Shown here: piece after piece, positions 60,401 to 64,000 of the stretch
Numbering within the stretch: the first letter of the stretch is position 1
Layout of the letters: every line of letters begins with the position of its first letter
Assembly: GCA_023251875.1 (NCBI GenBank)
Contig: JAHEXY010000004.1
Coordinates: 130,359 to 194,358, forward strand
Reading direction: 5' to 3'
Length of the DNA: 64,000 nucleotides
Origin: Bacteroidota bacterium
GTDB lineage: Bacteria; Bacteroidota; Bacteroidia; JAHEXY01
Notes under the pieces: model-generated
Database searches by the model: none
The model's input: the letters and a program-made list of their open reading frames with translations, nothing else
What the model was told of the DNA's origin: nothing
Translations under genes and position numbers: made by a program

Positions 60401-60632
60401 TATATTTTACTCCGGGTGTTCCATTTATAGCACGTTCCAACGGAATAACCACGGCTTTAATCATCAGCTCTCCATTTGCACCCGGATACTCTGCATTGAT
60501 ATTTACTTTAGGAGGAGATATGGATGGAAATTGAGTAACGGGTAATTTTATTAATGCTAAAATACCCAACAGGGAAATTATCAAGGAAATAACAATAGCT
60601 AATACCGGTCTGTGTATGATTTTTTTGAACAT
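57471..60632 (-). CDS. RND-family efflux transporter permease (AcrB/CzcA-type)
   Basis: 1053 aa with 12 TM helices in a 1+5/1+5 arrangement and two large periplasmic loops. Confidence 0.9.
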   Translation of the reverse strand: MFKKIIHRPVLAIVISLIISLLGILALIKLPVTQFPSISPPKVNINAEYPGANGELMIKAVVIPLERAINGTPGVKYIASDAGNDGECLITVVFELGTDPNIAAVNIQNRVAAVTNKLPPIVVREGIKISREESNMLMYINLYSKDKGSDVNFIYNFADINILSELKSVDGVGFADILGDREYAMRIWLKPDRMLAYKISADDVLKALDEQSLEAAPGKTGESSGKKSQAFEYVLKYPGRYTTKEQYENIILRSSPDGEILRIKDVAQVEFGTAYYDIYSTLNGKPAAAIMVKQSYGSNASDVIKKIKKKMEEIKENSFPKGMDYEISYDVSKFLDASIDKVIHTLIEAFLLVGLVVFVFLGDWRSTLILAIAVPVSLVGTFFFMQFFGITLNMITLFALVLAIGIVVDNAIVVVEAVHAKMEEKNLDPKAATELAMHEISGAIIAITLVMAAVFIPVAFMTGPVGIFYRQFSVTMATSIILSGVIALTLTPALCAIMLKNMHGIEKRKTPINRFLDAFNNWFGRILGKYKKVLNVIVNKRAVTFLALIIFCIASWGLNTVIPSGFIPNEDQGVFYAIINTPPGSTLERTNAVAFQIQKVAEELEDIKSVSSLAGFEILSEGEGANSGTCLINLKSWDERKHSTAEVMEELEEKTKDIKGANIEFFPPPAVPGYGAAGGFELRLLDKGGSGDYKKMETVNKDFVKELNKRPELSSVFTFYSASFPQYMLNIDNDKAQQKGVTIDNAMNNLSTLIGSNYETNFIKYDRQYKVMVQALPQYREQPQDILKLYVKNDKDEMVPYSAFMTVDKVYGMEEITRHNMYNSSEISGSAAPGYSSGAAIAAIQEEAKIKLPRGFGIDWAGISKDEVGRGNEAIYIFLICLIFVYLVLAAQYESFILPFPVILSLPTGIFGAFFFLKMLGLENNIYAQVSMVMLIGLLGKNAVLIVEFAVQKHREGMTPFKAAIEGAAVRLRPILMTSFAFIAGLIPLMLATGPGAIGNRTIGSAAAGGMLFGTLFGVMLIPGLYFIFASISEKHPIVENEEENPLTEEIDE

Positions 60633-60655
60633 AATTTTATTGTTTGATATTAAAT

Positions 60656-61762
60656 TTATTGTTCAATTAGCTGTAAATGGTCAATTACTTGCTTGGCCGG
60701 AATAAATTCTGAATGAATCGTATCATCCTCTTTTACACTTTGAAGTCCTTCGAGCAGAATTTTATCCTTTTCTGAAAGATCGTTTTCAATAACGTATATA
60801 TTCGATAATTTTTGTTTGACGGAGATATTTTTTGATTTCACAACATTGTTCTGATCCACCCCATATACATAGATTTTATCTTGTATCTCAAATGTTGCTT
60901 TTTGAGGAATAATTAAAGCATTTTTGATATCCATAATTAATCGCACTTTTCCTGTTTCACCATGTTTCAATAAAAGATCAGGATTAGGAAATTTGGCTCT
61001 GAATGCAATACTTCCCACTTCTTTATCAAATTCTCCTTCGATGGTTTCAATGGTACCTTTATATTTATGTTCTTGGCCATTTGCTAAAATGAGTGCAACA
61101 TTGTTTTTATTATCTCCTGCATTGCGAGCCTTATAATCTAAATACTCTGCTTCAGAAACATTAAAATAAGCGTAAACTTCTTTATTGTTTGAAAGAGAAG
61201 TCAACAATGAGCCATCATCTATAAGACTTCCAACTTTAAAATGAATTCTATCAATAATTCCTTCGAAAGGAGCCCTTACTTCAGTATAAGAAAGATGTAA
61301 TTCTGCTATTGCTTGTTCGGCTTTTGCCTGATCCAGCTTTGCTACCGCCAATGCCAATTCGGTTTGAGAAACAATATTTTTATCGGCAAGAATTTTTGTA
61401 TTCTGCATTTCAAGCTCAGCCGTTTTAGTTTCTGCTTTGGCTTTTGCCAATTCAGCCTCATATTCTCTTGGCCTTATTGTAAAAAGAAGTTGACCTTCAT
61501 TTACATGCTGCCCTTCATCAACATTTATGGTTTCTATGTATCCATCAACCTTTGCACGTATCTCAATATTTTGTAACGATTGTATCTCGGCAACATATTC
61601 CTTTGTATAAGAAGTATCAATTAAAATTGGATTCGTAACAGGAAATTTACCCTCTTCACTTTTTTCTTCTTGTTTTGAAGTACAAGCGGTAAAATTAACT
61701 ATGGCATATATGCTCAATAGTAATGCTGTTTTGTTCATTGGATATGAATATTTGAGAAACAA
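60656..61762 (-). CDS. Efflux RND periplasmic adaptor subunit (membrane fusion protein)
   Basis: Lipoyl/coiled-coil hairpin (AELAKAKAETKTAELEMQNTKILADK), beta-barrel segments; upstream of the RND pump on the same strand. Confidence 0.8.
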   Translation of the reverse strand: MFLKYSYPMNKTALLLSIYAIVNFTACTSKQEEKSEEGKFPVTNPILIDTSYTKEYVAEIQSLQNIEIRAKVDGYIETINVDEGQHVNEGQLLFTIRPREYEAELAKAKAETKTAELEMQNTKILADKNIVSQTELALAVAKLDQAKAEQAIAELHLSYTEVRAPFEGIIDRIHFKVGSLIDDGSLLTSLSNNKEVYAYFNVSEAEYLDYKARNAGDNKNNVALILANGQEHKYKGTIETIEGEFDKEVGSIAFRAKFPNPDLLLKHGETGKVRLIMDIKNALIIPQKATFEIQDKIYVYGVDQNNVVKSKNISVKQKLSNIYVIENDLSEKDKILLEGLQSVKEDDTIHSEFIPAKQVIDHLQLIEQ

Positions 61763-61828
61763 AAATTATTGATTAATTAATTTTGCATGAGAAAAAAACT
61801 ATTTCCACACAGTATTAACAAAGCAAAA

Positions 61829-62191
61829 TCAGAGTCTAAATACTCTTAGGGAAATAAAATAAGAAGGGAGAAGGTGAAATATAAAGCTGGTATACGAGGG
61901 CTTTTTAAAAAGGTCATCAAAAAAATTAGTTGATGCAAACAAAAAAGCTTTGAAAGCTGTTTTTGCACTAGAAAAATTTTTTCTTTCAGAATCATTTACG
62001 TCTTCATCTTCGATATCAATTAGAAATTCATCAAAAAGAAGTTTTTCGCCTTGTATATAATAATTAGGGTAAATCTCAGATTCCTGCTGAACAATTTCAA
62101 TATGATAAATAGATGTCGCCTTTAAGGCGCAAGAATATGTTGGATGAAAGAATACCAACACAATACTAAGGATGAAAAATATTTTTTTCAT
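61829..62191 (-). CDS. Hypothetical secreted/lipoprotein
   Basis: Signal peptide with Cys (HPTYSCAL); no assignable motif. Confidence 0.4.
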   Translation of the reverse strand: MKKIFFILSIVLVFFHPTYSCALKATSIYHIEIVQQESEIYPNYYIQGEKLLFDEFLIDIEDEDVNDSERKNFSSAKTAFKAFLFASTNFFDDLFKKPSYTSFIFHLLPSYFISLRVFRL

Positions 62192-62281
62192 AACACCGAC
62201 AAAAATAATATGGAGATTATTAATCTTACACCTTGTTAGTAATATTTAACATTTTTTTAGAATCAAATAAATATGCTTGCA

Positions 62282-62935
62282 TTAAGCAATAAGATAGCCA
62301 TCTTGCATAACCAATTTTCTATCAGCCATAGTTGCAAGCTCAGCATTGTGAGTTACAATTACGAAAGTTTGTTGAAATTTTTCTCTTAAGGAGAAAAATA
62401 AATCATGTAATTCTTTAGCATTTACCGAATCAAGATTACCTGAGGGTTCATCGGCTAAAATAACAGAAGGGGCATTTATTAATGAACGAGCAACTGCAAT
62501 ACGCTGTTGTTCACCACCCGATAATTGAGAGGGTTTGTGATGGGCTCGTGCTGATAAATTCAAATAACCCAATAATTCTTTTGCTTTTTCTTCGGTTTCC
62601 TTTTTATTTTTTTTAGCTATAAATGCAGGAATACAGATATTTTCAAGAGCTGTAAATTCTGGTAACAGATGATGAAATTGAAAAATAAAGCCAATGTGTT
62701 TGTTTCTAAAATCAGAAAGTTGATTGTCGTTTAATTTCTCAAGGCTAGTGTTGTTTATTTTTACAGAACCATGATCTGCTTTATCAAGGGTGCCTATTAT
62801 TTGCAACAATGTACTTTTGCCGGCACCTGATGCTCCCACAATAGAAACTACTTCAGCTTTTTTAATGCTTAAAGTAATTCCTTTCAGTACTTGAAGTGAG
62901 CCGTATGATTTGCTTATATTTTCTGCAGTAATCAT
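62282..62935 (-). CDS. ABC transporter ATP-binding protein (LolD/MacB-like ATPase)
   Basis: Walker [13 protein letters not shown] signature LSGGEQQR, Walker B ILADEP. Confidence 0.85.
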   Translation of the reverse strand: MITAENISKSYGSLQVLKGITLSIKKAEVVSIVGASGAGKSTLLQIIGTLDKADHGSVKINNTSLEKLNDNQLSDFRNKHIGFIFQFHHLLPEFTALENICIPAFIAKKNKKETEEKAKELLGYLNLSARAHHKPSQLSGGEQQRIAVARSLINAPSVILADEPSGNLDSVNAKELHDLFFSLREKFQQTFVIVTHNAELATMADRKLVMQDGYLIA

Positions 62936-63828
62936 TTATTATTTTGTTTTATCCATTCTAACACCATTTTAAAATGATCATTAATAGCATTGGGATGCGT
63001 TAACAAATTGATGTGATCATAATCGTGTAAATATCCATTTTCTTTTCCAATTATTTTATATTCTTTAGGGTGATGTTCTCCAATTTCATTTATTAATAAT
63101 TGCATATCTCTTGGATGGCACAAAACATCATCATTTTTACCTGTTAAATAAAGAGTGGGAGGTAAAGTAATATTTTTTAATTGTTCATTATAATTAAATC
63201 CGTCATCAGTATCCATCCAATTTTTCATTTTTACCCATTCTCGTGATTGCCTATGTGATTTATTAGTTTCATTATCAGAACCCATTTTTAATTCTGATGC
63301 AGGCAAATAACCTACAATTGGTTTTATGATACGGGGCATAAAATTCCACATGAGATCGATCATGTAAATTTTTTTGAAACTTTTTACGCTAATTCTTCTT
63401 TTGGTGCCAAAAAACACCATTGCTTTCACTTCATTCACCAATTGGGTTCTTGCTAAATAAGAAAGTAATAAAACACCTCCCCATGAATGGCTCATCCAAA
63501 TTTGTTTTACATTTCCCTTTATTTCTTTTATTTTTTTTATAAAAGCAGGAATCTCATAAATTATACTTTCTGTTTGTCCGTATTTTGAATGGCGATTAAT
63601 TTTAGGAGAACTTTGTCCGCGGCCTCTTAAATCGGCTACAAAAACATCATATCCATTTTGTGCAAGAAATGGAGCTAAGCCTTTTCCTGAATTTGAATAA
63701 AATATTTTTCCATTTTCGATGGCTCCATGAAGCATAAATACAGGAATGCCATTGGGGTTTGTATAAAAGCGTTTTAAATGCAGTTGGTCGCTTTTATCAA
63801 AAGGTATGTATAAGGATTCTTGAGTCAT
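62932..63828 (-). CDS. Alpha/beta-fold hydrolase
   Basis: Nucleophile elbow MSHSWGG (GxSxG-like), HGA oxyanion region, C-terminal His; 4-bp overlap with the downstream ABC ATPase. Confidence 0.6.
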   Translation of the reverse strand: MTQESLYIPFDKSDQLHLKRFYTNPNGIPVFMLHGAIENGKIFYSNSGKGLAPFLAQNGYDVFVADLRGRGQSSPKINRHSKYGQTESIIYEIPAFIKKIKEIKGNVKQIWMSHSWGGVLLLSYLARTQLVNEVKAMVFFGTKRRISVKSFKKIYMIDLMWNFMPRIIKPIVGYLPASELKMGSDNETNKSHRQSREWVKMKNWMDTDDGFNYNEQLKNITLPPTLYLTGKNDDVLCHPRDMQLLINEIGEHHPKEYKIIGKENGYLHDYDHINLLTHPNAINDHFKMVLEWIKQNNK

Positions 63829-64000
63829 TTTTAATTACTTCTTGCTTTAGGTTTAATTCTTTTTCTGCAATAGTTCTAAGTAAGCTAAGTAATTTATTTC
63901 TATCATCAATATTATATGAATTTGTATCGACTATTTTATCATAAATTAAATTAATTTTTCCGGGTTTTATTTTCCAACTACCATAAGGCATACATTCATA

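Noticed and set aside
63759-63991. Edge ORFs (63797-63991 minus and 63759-63944 plus)
   Set aside because: They overlap each other and the 5' end of the alpha/beta hydrolase gene and are truncated by the window end; insufficient evidence for a call.
1-64000. tRNA, rRNA or tmRNA genes
   Set aside because: No intergenic stretch showed a tRNA-like acceptor stem or T-arm (GTTCGAATC-type) pattern or rRNA-like conserved blocks by eye; a tRNAscan or Infernal run would be needed to be sure.

Overview
Low-GC chromosomal segment that looks Bacteroidetes-like (three T9SS C-terminal sorting-domain cargo proteins, a TTG/TAnnTTTG-type promoter, short leaders). The backbone is housekeeping: dapD, panB, obg, adk, msrB, ddl, queE, mnmH-selD, an LptD-like protein, MlaD, an RND efflux operon. 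Accessory content stands out in four places. (1) At the left edge, a fused Type IIG restriction-modification enzyme is translationally coupled to a 229-aa ORF with no recognisable family, followed directly by a REP-associated tyrosine transposase (RAYT) flanked by REP hairpins; this is my best candidate for an undescribed defence module. (2) A HigB/HigA toxin-antitoxin pair sits behind a 27-bp perfect palindrome that recurs 25 kb away. (3) A two-gene DUF4160/DUF2442 cassette is inserted at the 3' end of an M2 (ACE-like) peptidase gene, with a displaced copy of the last 25 codons of that gene left behind. (4) The window is rich in structured intergenic repeats: REP hairpins, an ~85-bp MITE-like element with 15-bp terminal inverted repeats (3 copies), and ~270-bp hairpin-rich elements bounded by inverted repeats, one beside a bacterial SET-domain gene. 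No rRNA, tRNA or CRISPR array was found by eye. All calls rest on motif recognition in the translated ORFs and direct reading of the DNA; no database search was run.
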